Assembly: GCA_018672055.1 (NCBI GenBank)
Contig: JABHGM010000001.1
Location: 736,977-800,976 of the forward strand
Direction: 5' to 3'
DNA: 64,000 nucleotides
Origin: a bacterium
GTDB taxonomy: Bacteria > Patescibacteriota > Patescibacteriia > UBA1558 > UBA10009
Part shown: positions 6,585 to 16,778 of the stretch, in pieces
How the letters are laid out: each line of letters begins with the position of its first letter
Position numbering within the stretch: the first letter of the stretch is position 1
The notes under the pieces: model-generated
Databases searched by the model: none
Seen by the model: the letters and a program-made list of their open reading frames with translations, nothing else
Told to the model about the DNA's origin: nothing
Position numbers and translations under genes: made by a program

Positions 6585-9503
6585 TTATATTAATTTACCC
6601 TTAGCATTTGCTTCTGTAACTTTAGCTAATTCACAAATTTCACTTATTGAAGCATTGTTATCTTTTAGTCCATAAAAATGATTTTGACCTAACAAAATAT
6701 ATATCCATTTTCTTTCCATTCTATCTTTTGGATTTAATTTATTTATCCTTTTAACCCAATCAAGTGTTGCTAATTGTTTTTGTTTAACATTCAAATCATT
6801 TAAATCTTTATCCGATTTTGTTTCAATCAAATAAATTTTTTCTTTTGTTTTCACTATGAAATCTGGATAATATAATGATAATAAGCCGTCAGTTCTAATA
6901 TAAGTTATATGTGCGAATGGATGACGATATTCATCAATTTTTATAAAACTTTCAACTTTTGAATCTCCGTCGATATATTCAATAAAATCTTTTTCAAGAC
7001 CTCCTTTATTTGATGGAAATGGTAGTCTTTCATAAATACTTTTAGCTACCTTTAAAGAAAAGCTTTCTCTCATTTTCATTTCCGTAATTTCTGAAAAATT
7101 TTGTTTTCTTACAATCCCTTCGCTAGATTCTATGCTACTCTGCATTTCAAAAATTAGTTTTCCAACTTCTTTTACAATATGCTGAGTAACGATTCCATTT
7201 TTTAATAAGAGAACTTTCCAATTACTGCCATCAAATGGATCAAACCTTTTACCAAACAATTTTGTTCTAATATATTTATCAATAGTTTTTACTAAGTTTA
7301 TATTGTTTATTTGCATAGTAGGAAAAGCTCTAGCAGCTTTTCTACCAATACGTCCCATCCTATTCACTACTGTATTTAAAACTTTTTCTAAATATTCATT
7401 ATAACTTTGTGAATTGAATAAATTTGCATTTACTATATAATCACCAAATCTTGTTTTTACAGTAACCTCTTCTGAAAAAAATGATTCACCATCTTTTTTA
7501 AAAAATTGTTGCAGCTGTTCTAATTTAAAAGCCTCAAATTTTTCTAATTTATCTAGTTTCAAATCTGTAGATTTTAACTCCTCATCTGAATCTTTAACTA
7601 TATATGGCCAAAACAAATCATATTTTTCATAACCATCTTTAAGTTTAACTTTTATTAAATCTCCAACTACATCTGAACCAGAAGTAATTTCTACATTAGA
7701 CTCACCAATCAAACCTTCTGCTAAGAGATCGTCATAAAATTGAACAAAAGATGGATGTTCAATAATCGATAATATATCTAAATAATTAGTTGGCTCCTGT
7801 TTATCTAATAATAATTTTTTTCGATTCTCATTTTTAATATCCTGAAATTCTGGATCCCTCCACATCAAACGTAAACCTCTTCCAATTGTTTGCTCTAATA
7901 ATATTGGTGCATCAGAAGCTCTTAAAGGTACTATTACACATATATTATTCACATCAAAACCTTCTCTAAGCATCAAAACAGAAACTACTACTCTAGGATT
8001 TTTATGTTTATCCATATTAAACAGCCTTTGTTTAATATCAAACCATTCTTTTTCTGGCACTTCACCTTTTTTATTAGAGTCAATTTGCATGACCTCTTCT
8101 ACTTTTAATCCTTCTTGAATTAAAAATTCTGTTACTAAAGGTGTAACTTTAGTATCCTCGCACATTACCATCATTTTAGGATGCTTATTACTCTCTCCTT
8201 TTTCATCCCCAAAAAATTCTACAAAATGTTTTTCTAACTTGTTCAATTTTTTTAATCCAGCTCTTAACATTAATCTTTGACCATCTGATAAATCTATGGG
8301 TTTATTACCCTCTCTTATAGCTTTAAATTCTAATGGTAATTCTGCAATCTCCTTTCTTTTATCAATTGCTATAATTTTTACCATTCCTTTTTGAATTGCT
8401 GTTTTTAATTCAAAATCAACAATAATATAAGGAAAAAAATGTTTTGTTCTTTTTTGCCCACTTCCGGTAGTATCATAGGGCGTTGCAGAAAAATCGACTT
8501 GCATCATCTTTTTCTCTTTTCCAGCTGTAATTTGATTTAAACTTTTCTGCCATTCTACTTCTTGTATTTCTCCATAACTTTTATTTTCATGAATATGATG
8601 AGCTTCATCATTCATAATTACTAAATCATCTAAATCTACTAAATACTCTAACTCTTTACCTCTAGCATAAGCAGCATCTAAAGCTCTTAAATCATTGCCA
8701 GTTGCTTTTCCTGGGCTTATTGGCATAATGTCACGAATTATAGAACTTGGATTTTCTAATGGACTATTTAATTCTTCATCTAATTTTTCTTTTTCTAAAA
8801 ATAAATGCCAATTAGTAATACCTATCATTCCATCACCTGTAACTTTTGTTCCAATTTCCTCCTTCTTAGCTACACTACCTTGAATAAAACCAAATAACTC
8901 ATCTCTATAACTTGGTGGTATAAAAACATCTTGAAATAAATAAAAATCAGATTTCTCAAATTCTCTTTCACCTTTATTATTTTCTTTTCCTAAAAATGCA
9001 TCTAATAGTCTCTCGTAAACTATTAATCCAGGTGCAACCAAAAGAAAATTCTTTGAATATCTATTAGTTTTTTCTTCCTCATATTTAGCGTTTAAGTATT
9101 GCCAAATCATTAAAGCGTGCATAACCCAAGTTTTACCCGTACCTGTAGCCATCTTAATGGCATATTTGGGAATTTCATATTTTGGTTTTTTTAATTCTAC
9201 TGAATTAATTTCTAACAGCAATTCTGAATTAATATTCTGATATATATCTACCACTGATGTAGTTTTTAAAATTTCATGAAGGTAAATCACATTCAAAATT
9301 GCTTGCTTCTGACCTTCGTGAAAATTTATTTTACGAGTATCAATATGTGGCTCCTTAAACCAAAAATTTAAAAGATCTTTAGTAATAGGAGAAACCTTCG
9401 ATATAATTTCCCCGCTATCCCAAAATCCTAAAACTACTTCAGTTATATTTTTAGCTAATTTTAATGGAATATCTCGCGTTCCTATATTTAATGGTGTTGG
9501 CAT
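6585..9503 (-). CDS. res: Type III restriction enzyme Res subunit (DEAD-like helicase plus endonuclease)
   Basis: MATGTGKT, DEAHH, FSATP, QTIGRGLR and C-terminal YPDF...IETK motifs; adjacent to mod. Confidence 0.85.
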   Translation of the reverse strand: MPTPLNIGTRDIPLKLAKNITEVVLGFWDSGEIISKVSPITKDLLNFWFKEPHIDTRKINFHEGQKQAILNVIYLHEILKTTSVVDIYQNINSELLLEINSVELKKPKYEIPKYAIKMATGTGKTWVMHALMIWQYLNAKYEEEKTNRYSKNFLLVAPGLIVYERLLDAFLGKENNKGEREFEKSDFYLFQDVFIPPSYRDELFGFIQGSVAKKEEIGTKVTGDGMIGITNWHLFLEKEKLDEELNSPLENPSSIIRDIMPISPGKATGNDLRALDAAYARGKELEYLVDLDDLVIMNDEAHHIHENKSYGEIQEVEWQKSLNQITAGKEKKMMQVDFSATPYDTTGSGQKRTKHFFPYIIVDFELKTAIQKGMVKIIAIDKRKEIAELPLEFKAIREGNKPIDLSDGQRLMLRAGLKKLNKLEKHFVEFFGDEKGESNKHPKMMVMCEDTKVTPLVTEFLIQEGLKVEEVMQIDSNKKGEVPEKEWFDIKQRLFNMDKHKNPRVVVSVLMLREGFDVNNICVIVPLRASDAPILLEQTIGRGLRLMWRDPEFQDIKNENRKKLLLDKQEPTNYLDILSIIEHPSFVQFYDDLLAEGLIGESNVEITSGSDVVGDLIKVKLKDGYEKYDLFWPYIVKDSDEELKSTDLKLDKLEKFEAFKLEQLQQFFKKDGESFFSEEVTVKTRFGDYIVNANLFNSQSYNEYLEKVLNTVVNRMGRIGRKAARAFPTMQINNINLVKTIDKYIRTKLFGKRFDPFDGSNWKVLLLKNGIVTQHIVKEVGKLIFEMQSSIESSEGIVRKQNFSEITEMKMRESFSLKVAKSIYERLPFPSNKGGLEKDFIEYIDGDSKVESFIKIDEYRHPFAHITYIRTDGLLSLYYPDFIVKTKEKIYLIETKSDKDLNDLNVKQKQLATLDWVKRINKLNPKDRMERKWIYILLGQNHFYGLKDNNASISEICELAKVTEANAKGKLI

Positions 9504-9514
9504 ATAATTTTGAT

Positions 9515-11476
9515 TTATAATTCTTCTATTACAATGCTTTCAAAACCAAAAACATCTACTGCTTTAACACATACTTTTCTTTTTGATTTTTTAGGCACTC
9601 TTAATGTAGTTTTTTTTATTACATGATATGGATCATTATCATTCTCTATATTTTCTCTATAATCTTGCCATTTGCTCCTAAATGTTTTACCGTCATAATC
9701 TGGATCAATACTCCAATATTCAATAAGGCTTAAAGGATCGCTAGATATAATTTCTTGTAGCTTCTCTTTGTCTTTATCGTCTAATGGTATATTGTCTGGG
9801 GACAACAAAACATAATTTTCTAATTCAATATTTATAACCTCCTCGTCCTTTTTACCCCCTACTTCTAATTGAATAGGTTTTATAGTTAAATATTGTAACG
9901 ATGAAAATCTAACTTTTCCACTATCAACTAGCTTATCATAACCTTTCTTACTTTTTAGTGTGTCTAATAAATCTGGAGGAATTACTAAAACCTCTAATTT
10001 ATCATCATTTAAGCTTTGAATAGCTTGAGTAATATCATAAGTAAAATTCCAGCCTAAAACTATGACCTTTTTCCACCCGCCCATAAATGAATTACGTAAT
10101 TCCATAGCTTTTTGTAAAGTATTTAAGCCAGTTAATTTATTAGGAGAATCAACAAAAATCAAAGTTTTAGAATCCTTGATATAACCTATATTCCTAATAT
10201 AACTATCTTCATCTTTAAAGGGAATTGCACCATACAATTGCAAAACTACATGAGATAAATCACCTATTCTTTTATATAATTTTGAAGAGGCTAAAACTTC
10301 CTTTTGATAATCTCCTATAGATTGATATAAAAATGGTTTTGTATCTTCGTCAATAAATCTTTTTCTAGAAATTAAATTAGCTGGCTTCCCTATATCAGAT
10401 ATAATCCACCTTCTATTTAATTTTTCAGAAACCGAACCTATAGTTCCAGAACCTGCAAAAAAATCAGCAACAATAGAATTTTCATTCGAAGATGATTCTA
10501 TTATCCGTTGAATAAGTGATTCTGGTTTTTGAGTTTTATAGTTTTTATTTTCAGAACTCATTGGATTAAGCATACTAACATACCATACATCTCCAACTCT
10601 CCTGCCTTTGAACTCCGCTATAATATCATCTTCAACTGGCTCTCTATCGTGTAATTTTATAAACTTTTTCAAATAAGGTTTAAATTTTCCATCATCATAA
10701 GGTGCATTATTTGCAAATATTTTACCATCTTTAATATAATTCTCCCATCTTTTTATTACACCACTATCTGTTCTTTCTTTTTCATAAAGAATATTAAAAA
10801 TAGCATTTTGACTTTTTGTATAATAAAAAATCATCTGACTTCTTTTTGGAAAATTATTTTCACTTTCCACCCACGACCCTTGATATTCCCAAGTAATATG
10901 TGATCCAAAATTATTTTTACCAAAAATATCATCCAACAATAATTTTACATAGTGACCAACATGCCAATCTATATGTACATATATGGATCCTTTGTCTGAT
11001 AATAATTCTTTCATTAAAGCAAGTCTAGGATACAACATTTTAAGATATGAGACCGTCCCTTCTCTCCAGGTATCAGAATATGCAAATTGTTCCATAGTAG
11101 TAGGTTTCTACTCCAAATCTTTTCCTTTTAATTTAATCTTGATTCTATAATCAGCTTTAGAATCGAACGGTGGATCAATATATATAAGATCTATCTTGCC
11201 TCTTAAAGAATCTAAATTACTAGCTGGATCACCAGCTAGTAAAGCTTGGATTACTAGTAAATTATCTCCATAAATTAAACGATTAATCCAATCGACTTCT
11301 GATTCCTCAGGCATTCTCCCACTAAACAAACCAGCGGAGTCCTTAGCTGGTAAAACCAATTCATTTGTTTGTAATGTAAGTTTGCTTTTACTAGATAACC
11401 TTTCTAATATCTGTTCTACCTCTTTTTTACCCTCTTTTACGATCTTTGGTAATTCTTCTATTAAAGATTTTGTCAT
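9515..11476 (-). pseudogene. mod: Type III R-M Mod DNA methyltransferase interrupted by an in-frame TAG at 11108-11110
   Basis: N-terminal part (11108-11476) has YIDPPF; C-terminal part (9515-11095) has TQKPE and DFFAGSGT; the junction reads GAG-TAG-AAA-CCT-ACT-ACT-ATG in one frame. Confidence 0.85.
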
Positions 11477-11533
11477 ATAATATAAATTTATTTATTTACT
11501 CTTATTTTTCCACTTTTTACCTAAGTTGTCAAT

Positions 11534-11558
11534 AAAAACAGAGTTTTACTCTGTTTTT
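11534..11558. terminator. Intrinsic terminator
   Basis: AAAAACAGAGT-TTT-ACTCTGTTTTT inverted repeat. Confidence 0.7.
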
Positions 11559-11579
11559 ATATTATAATTAACTAAATTA

Positions 11580-11743
11580 TTAATTAGTATCTGATTCATT
11601 TTTTAGTATAAAAGCTTGTTTATCATTTTTCTCATTAAATATACATGATGGTTCTAACATATGAAAATGCCACTTCTTACCTTCTTTATGTAGCTTATAT
11701 GCTATTTCTTTTATTTTATTTTATTTATATTTACTTCTTTCAT
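11580..11743 (-). pseudogene. Gene remnant with a 5-bp slippage duplication
   Basis: Removing one TAAAA unit gives MKEVNINKIKEIAYKLHKEGKKWHFHMLEPSCIFNEKNDKQAFILKNESDTN*. Confidence 0.5.
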
Positions 11744-11793
11744 TCTTTTAAGGATTTAAGCGGATTTGGTTGGTTTTTTATGTTTTTCTTTTT
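11722..11793. repeat. Junction repeat, copy 4 (72 bp)
   Basis: 67/72 identical to 4169-4240; includes the stop codon of the 813-aa gene. Confidence 0.9.
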
Positions 11794-14219
11794 GATTTAG
11801 ATTTGTTTAATTTTTTCTTTCTTTTTCTTTCCCATTCTTCGTGCCACTCTGTATGCCAAGAAGGCATTTTCAAATAAATTTGTTGCGTGGCATTGCATAG
11901 ATTAATAAGACCTGGTATACGATCATGTTCTTTCTTTGTTTTTTTATCCCAGCAATAAGGTGGTCCCAATTGATTTAATAACTCATTACCAGTTAAAATT
12001 AAAACAGGATTAATAGGTCTTTCTGACTTCCAATATTTTCTTCCTGATTTAGTGATTTTTTTTAGTTCTATAATTTCATTTCTTGTTAGTGATTTTCGTA
12101 AAGTACTAAAAACTAATATAGCGCCTGGAAAAGTTTTTGCTAGATATCGCATTCTTGTAAAATCTTTTTTTTCAAACATTCCATATGTTTTGCACTCACT
12201 AAACAATAAGCCATCTTTTTTCTGACCGTAAACTGAATCCTGCCAAAATGCTGCAAAATCTGCTTCTATATTTTCTTTGTCAGCAGTAATAGCAGAAAAA
12301 CTTAATAATGGTGTTATACGCATCGTGGTCATTTTATATTCATTGAAAAAATCTAGTGCTAAAAGAACTGCATAAGCACCTTCTGCATAATTCGGTATAC
12401 TAAATGGTCCAACAGTCTTATAACACCATATAGAGTTTTCTAAATTACCAATAGCAGAAAAATCATTGAGACATAATTGACACAAAAAGTTATTACTAAT
12501 TTTTTCAAGCTCAAACCAGGACTTTCTTGAACAATATGGACATTTAATACGTATCCCTAATTTAAATACTCCTTTTTCAACTAAATAATTATGTAACTTG
12601 TCACCTCTTGTTTTATCACTCAATCTTCTTTTTATTTCGCCAATTGGCATTTCTCTTTCTTGATTGATCTTATTATTTGCTTTTGGACTTCCAGCTATAT
12701 TTACACTACCACCATTCATATGCTCAAAAATGTTTAGTAGCTTTTCATTTTTTAAAGTTGATAAATAACCATTAAGTTGTTTATGAATTTGCTTTGCTAA
12801 TTTTCCTGAAGACGATAATTTTGGTTCCCATCCTAAATCTTTCAGCCAAGCAATAACAATATTTTCAGATAATGGAATATTTATTGTTTCGTTAGAATTA
12901 TCTTCAACAAGTCTCACGAGTCCGTTATTTCCAACTCGCCAATTACCTCGTAAAGCCATAAGGCCAGATATCTCTCGTATAAAATTTTTAGCAGAAGATT
13001 TAGGAAAAACTTCTGCAATATATTCATCTGCACCATAAAAACTAAATATAACTTCATTTGCACAACGTGGATTTCCATGATAACTGTATTTATCAGCAAA
13101 ATCTGGCAGTAAAGTAGTGAATCTTATATTATTTTTCAAATCTGCAACATCAAATGATTCTTCTTGACTACCATATATATTGTCTGGTATTGCACCATCT
13201 TTATCACGAGCCCACTCATCCCAAACCCTTGGATACCAATGTTGTAGTACGTAAAAACTATCTTTAGATAGGTCATTAGAATCTGGTTTTATTTTTATGG
13301 TCTTTGCAAAATTTTCAACCTCCTCCATCGTACAATTACGTGATCTGATAATTGAAGCCCTATCACAAACGGTCGGATTATGTTTCCATGGACGACGATA
13401 CATTTTTAAAAAATTAATAACAATTTTTTTTATTACAGGCTCACTCTTCATCTGTTTTGCTACAGGCATCACCACTCTACCCATTGCCCTTAAATTCCAA
13501 TAATCAACTATATCTTCAACCTTGTTTGCATCCATAAAGTAAATACAAGCATCTCTACCAAAACGTGTATGGCTATTATTATTTATTTTGTGTAGCGTAA
13601 TTCTACGTGGAAACAAAATATTGTTCTTTAACATTTTATTTAAATTTTTAATTTCAAATTTTGGAGTCTCTATTTCAAGTGGTCCATAATAATGTTTTTT
13701 TAAATTTGGAATTACCTCAGGTAAAATTTCACCAAAAAAACTAGACCAAAATAAAGAATATTTTCTTGGTAATTCAGGAAATGCAATTTTCATTGGATAT
13801 TTCATTTTATATTTAAAGTCTTGTTCAAAAATATCATCTAATATTTCATAAATACCAAGCCCATATGAAGGGATTAAATTAAAATCTTCATTTATATTAT
13901 CCCAAATTTCATTTGATTTTATAATTTTTAAACCACTATCAACAATATATTTAGGAACTGATTTTGATAATTGTATAAGAATATCCGGATCAAATGCATC
14001 AAGATAACCGAGTATTACATCTTTTGCTAAAGGAGCTTTTATGGTTCCATCTTTCCATGTAGCAGGCATTATTTTATATAATTGTATAATTGGAAAAAAA
14101 GATCCCCCCCACAAAGTTGAGCTTAATTGAATTGCCTTTTTAACTTGTGTCGAACTTTTTGGATCAACTAAAAAAGCAATTTTCAATGGCCTAGTTTTAA
14201 TATTAATTGTACCTATCAT
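11778..14219 (-). CDS. Large hypothetical protein with Zn-ribbon and C-terminal PD-(D/E)XK-like motif
   Basis: 813 aa; CPYC...CQLC followed by EADF...FSECKT. Confidence 0.7.
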   Translation of the reverse strand: MIGTINIKTRPLKIAFLVDPKSSTQVKKAIQLSSTLWGGSFFPIIQLYKIMPATWKDGTIKAPLAKDVILGYLDAFDPDILIQLSKSVPKYIVDSGLKIIKSNEIWDNINEDFNLIPSYGLGIYEILDDIFEQDFKYKMKYPMKIAFPELPRKYSLFWSSFFGEILPEVIPNLKKHYYGPLEIETPKFEIKNLNKMLKNNILFPRRITLHKINNNSHTRFGRDACIYFMDANKVEDIVDYWNLRAMGRVVMPVAKQMKSEPVIKKIVINFLKMYRRPWKHNPTVCDRASIIRSRNCTMEEVENFAKTIKIKPDSNDLSKDSFYVLQHWYPRVWDEWARDKDGAIPDNIYGSQEESFDVADLKNNIRFTTLLPDFADKYSYHGNPRCANEVIFSFYGADEYIAEVFPKSSAKNFIREISGLMALRGNWRVGNNGLVRLVEDNSNETINIPLSENIVIAWLKDLGWEPKLSSSGKLAKQIHKQLNGYLSTLKNEKLLNIFEHMNGGSVNIAGSPKANNKINQEREMPIGEIKRRLSDKTRGDKLHNYLVEKGVFKLGIRIKCPYCSRKSWFELEKISNNFLCQLCLNDFSAIGNLENSIWCYKTVGPFSIPNYAEGAYAVLLALDFFNEYKMTTMRITPLLSFSAITADKENIEADFAAFWQDSVYGQKKDGLLFSECKTYGMFEKKDFTRMRYLAKTFPGAILVFSTLRKSLTRNEIIELKKITKSGRKYWKSERPINPVLILTGNELLNQLGPPYCWDKKTKKEHDRIPGLINLCNATQQIYLKMPSWHTEWHEEWERKRKKKLNKSKSKRKT

Positions 14220-14319
14220 ACTTATAAATTGAATATATTATTATCAGAACCAGAGAAGGGTCATATTTCCTCTTATTAAATAAAAAATAATAGCTAATAC
14301 TATAAAATTGATATCCATA

Positions 14320-15726
14320 TCACAACCCAATAACCTCCCCATCCATATCATGAAGTACCTCTACATTAAAATGATTTAATATAGTAGGTGCATAATCTAA
14401 TATATTAATATCTTTCTTACTATTTAATACACCTTCACCATAAGCTAAGAATATACCTTTTTTTTCATTTTCACCAGTCCAATGGTCTGGAGCCTCAAAA
14501 ACATGTTTAGAGCCTAAAGAACCACTAAAATGAGTATGAGGAGCTTGATCTACTATTAAATCAGGAGCTTTACTTAAATCAGAAGACTTATATATTTCTT
14601 CCCGAGTAAATACCTTATTTACTATACTCATACCCTTATACTCTAATTCTTCTAACTCACGTATTAATTTATTCTTAAATTCTAAGTCTTTACTTAGTAA
14701 GTATATAGGGCCTTGACCAGAAGCAAAACATTTAGAATTATCCCAATCTATTTTATCTGCTTTACCTGCATACATTACTTGTCCTTCTTTATTTGGTATC
14801 ATTTCTTGTACTTTACGTGGTACTAGTTTTTTAGCTAGTTCTTTTAAATGTAGCTTAGTAAATAGTTTAATTAAAGATTCTCGGTTAATACCTATTTTTT
14901 CTAGTTTGGAACTAGTATTATCTTGTTTAATCTTTAAATAGCCTTTTTCTTGTAAATACGTATTAATATTGAATTTAAATTTAATTTCATTAGTACCATG
15001 ATCAGACATTAAAAAGAATAATCTATCTGGGTACTTAGTAATTAATGAATTAATACCCTCATCTATTATTTGCCAAGCTTTAAATACTTTATCATCTCCA
15101 TAGTGGTAATGCTGTAATACGTTTATTAAATAAACAGCTACCATAAAGAAATCAAAGTTACCTTCTTTTAAAAGATACTCAGCAACTTCAAAACGTACTT
15201 TAATTAGTCTATATATTTCATCTATTACTGAAGTCTCATCTTTTTTCATTAAACTAATATTCTGAGGTAATGCTCTATAATCAAATTTATTCTTTAAAAG
15301 CTTTTCTAAAGGTTCAGGATAGGTATACTTAGATTCCATAGCATCTGGGCCACCTGAAACCATTACTCCATTTATTTTATGTGGCGGATAAGTTGTAGGC
15401 ATATTTACAACGCCTACTCGGTAACCAGCATCGGATAAGTAATCAAATATTTCTTTACCTTTAAAATTGTCAGAAGAAGGTATATATATTTTTCTATTGG
15501 CTACATCTACGTTTTCCCACCAATAAACACCAAGTTTAGCTGGATTTAAACCTGTAGAAAAACATTTCCAATTTGGTGATGTTACTGGAGGAAGTTGTGA
15601 TTCTTGAATACCCCAAGTTCCTTGTGTCTGTAGTTTCTTAAATGTAGGTAGTTTATCTTCATCAATCCATTTTTGAATATAGTTCCAACTACCACCATCT
15701 AAACCTATTACTATTACTTTCTGCAT
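14320..15726 (-). CDS. Alkaline phosphatase superfamily / type I phosphodiesterase-nucleotide pyrophosphatase
   Basis: VIGLDGG, PPVTSPNW...TGLNP and MSDHG motifs. Confidence 0.85.
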   Translation of the reverse strand: MQKVIVIGLDGGSWNYIQKWIDEDKLPTFKKLQTQGTWGIQESQLPPVTSPNWKCFSTGLNPAKLGVYWWENVDVANRKIYIPSSDNFKGKEIFDYLSDAGYRVGVVNMPTTYPPHKINGVMVSGGPDAMESKYTYPEPLEKLLKNKFDYRALPQNISLMKKDETSVIDEIYRLIKVRFEVAEYLLKEGNFDFFMVAVYLINVLQHYHYGDDKVFKAWQIIDEGINSLITKYPDRLFFLMSDHGTNEIKFKFNINTYLQEKGYLKIKQDNTSSKLEKIGINRESLIKLFTKLHLKELAKKLVPRKVQEMIPNKEGQVMYAGKADKIDWDNSKCFASGQGPIYLLSKDLEFKNKLIRELEELEYKGMSIVNKVFTREEIYKSSDLSKAPDLIVDQAPHTHFSGSLGSKHVFEAPDHWTGENEKKGIFLAYGEGVLNSKKDINILDYAPTILNHFNVEVLHDMDGEVIGL

Positions 15727-16778
15727 ACTTTAGTAAAAATATTTATTATCTTATCTATTAAATTATATATATTATGGTTATCTATTACAATCTGTCTTAA
15801 AGCTTTACCTGTATTAATACGTTTATCTCTAGGTAACAAAGTAACTTCTTCTAATTTAGAAGCTAACTCTTTATAATTACCATGTTCAAACTGACATAAA
15901 GGAAAATCTTTTAAAATATCGCTATAACCTATATTTGAATTTATTACATATGTACCACATGACATAGCTTCTAAAACTGTTTTATCTAAACTTTTAGTAT
16001 TACCTGTATTTATAAATATATCTGCTTGCTTGTACTTAGTTACTATTTCTTTAAAAGGTATTGAACCTAAAAATTTAATATTTGGAGTAGCTATTTCTTT
16101 TAATTTATTTAAATATGCTTCTTGCGAAGTAAGACCAATGTCTCCTACTATTTCAATATTTAAATTAATTCCTTTTGTGCTTAATATTTTATCTGCTTCA
16201 ATAAGAGTTTCTATATTCTTAACAGGTGAAATTCTACCAACCCATAATACTTTTTTAACTTGTTCGTTACTTTCAGTAAAAGAAAACATATCTGTATCTA
16301 TGCCTTGTCCTGTTATAATACGTTTCTTAGTATTAATTGGAAAACCAGATTCAGATGAGGTTATTATATTCTTTACTAAGTATCTTGCAATTTTAGATTT
16401 AAAACTTAAGTTACCATGAGCTTTCCACCAAACAATTGGTTTTCTATATATAAAAGCAAGAGGCCAAATAAGTAATACGAATATTTCGCTCATGTGAACG
16501 AATATTACATCTACTTCCTTATTTCTAAATAAAGGTATTAACTTTGCGTAGAAGTTACGTATCTTACCTCTTTTGCCTTCACCTCTTTCTTTACCTAGAG
16601 ATATAACATTTATATTACTTTCTATACCAAGTGTCTCCCCTTTTTCTAAACAAACTGCGTTTACTTTTTGTGCACGTTTAGCAATTAAGTTAAGCCATTT
16701 AAAAAAAACAGATAGTATTGGATCTGAAGTGCCTACTTTTTGAGTAATGTATAATATTTTTAAATTGCTTTCTGCCAT
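15714..16778 (-). CDS. Glycosyltransferase family 4
   Basis: VGRISPVKN and SLDKTVLEAMSCG motifs. Confidence 0.85.
   Translation of the reverse strand: MAESNLKILYITQKVGTSDPILSVFFKWLNLIAKRAQKVNAVCLEKGETLGIESNINVISLGKERGEGKRGKIRNFYAKLIPLFRNKEVDVIFVHMSEIFVLLIWPLAFIYRKPIVWWKAHGNLSFKSKIARYLVKNIITSSESGFPINTKKRIITGQGIDTDMFSFTESNEQVKKVLWVGRISPVKNIETLIEADKILSTKGINLNIEIVGDIGLTSQEAYLNKLKEIATPNIKFLGSIPFKEIVTKYKQADIFINTGNTKSLDKTVLEAMSCGTYVINSNIGYSDILKDFPLCQFEHGNYKELASKLEEVTLLPRDKRINTGKALRQIVIDNHNIYNLIDKIINIFTKVCRK

Noticed and set aside
11108-11110. Stop-codon reassignment
   Set aside because: TAG and TGA terminate intact genes elsewhere in the window, and long genes are open under code 11.
4169-11793. 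CRISPR array or integron attC sites
   Set aside because: Spacing is gene-sized and irregular. There is no palindrome, no RYYYAAC/GTTRRRY ends, and no cas1 or intI in the window.
8695-16419. Short ORFs 8695-8883, 12914-13099, 13297-13503 and 16030-16419
   Set aside because: They lie wholly within longer, well-supported genes (antisense or alternative frame) and have no recognisable motifs.
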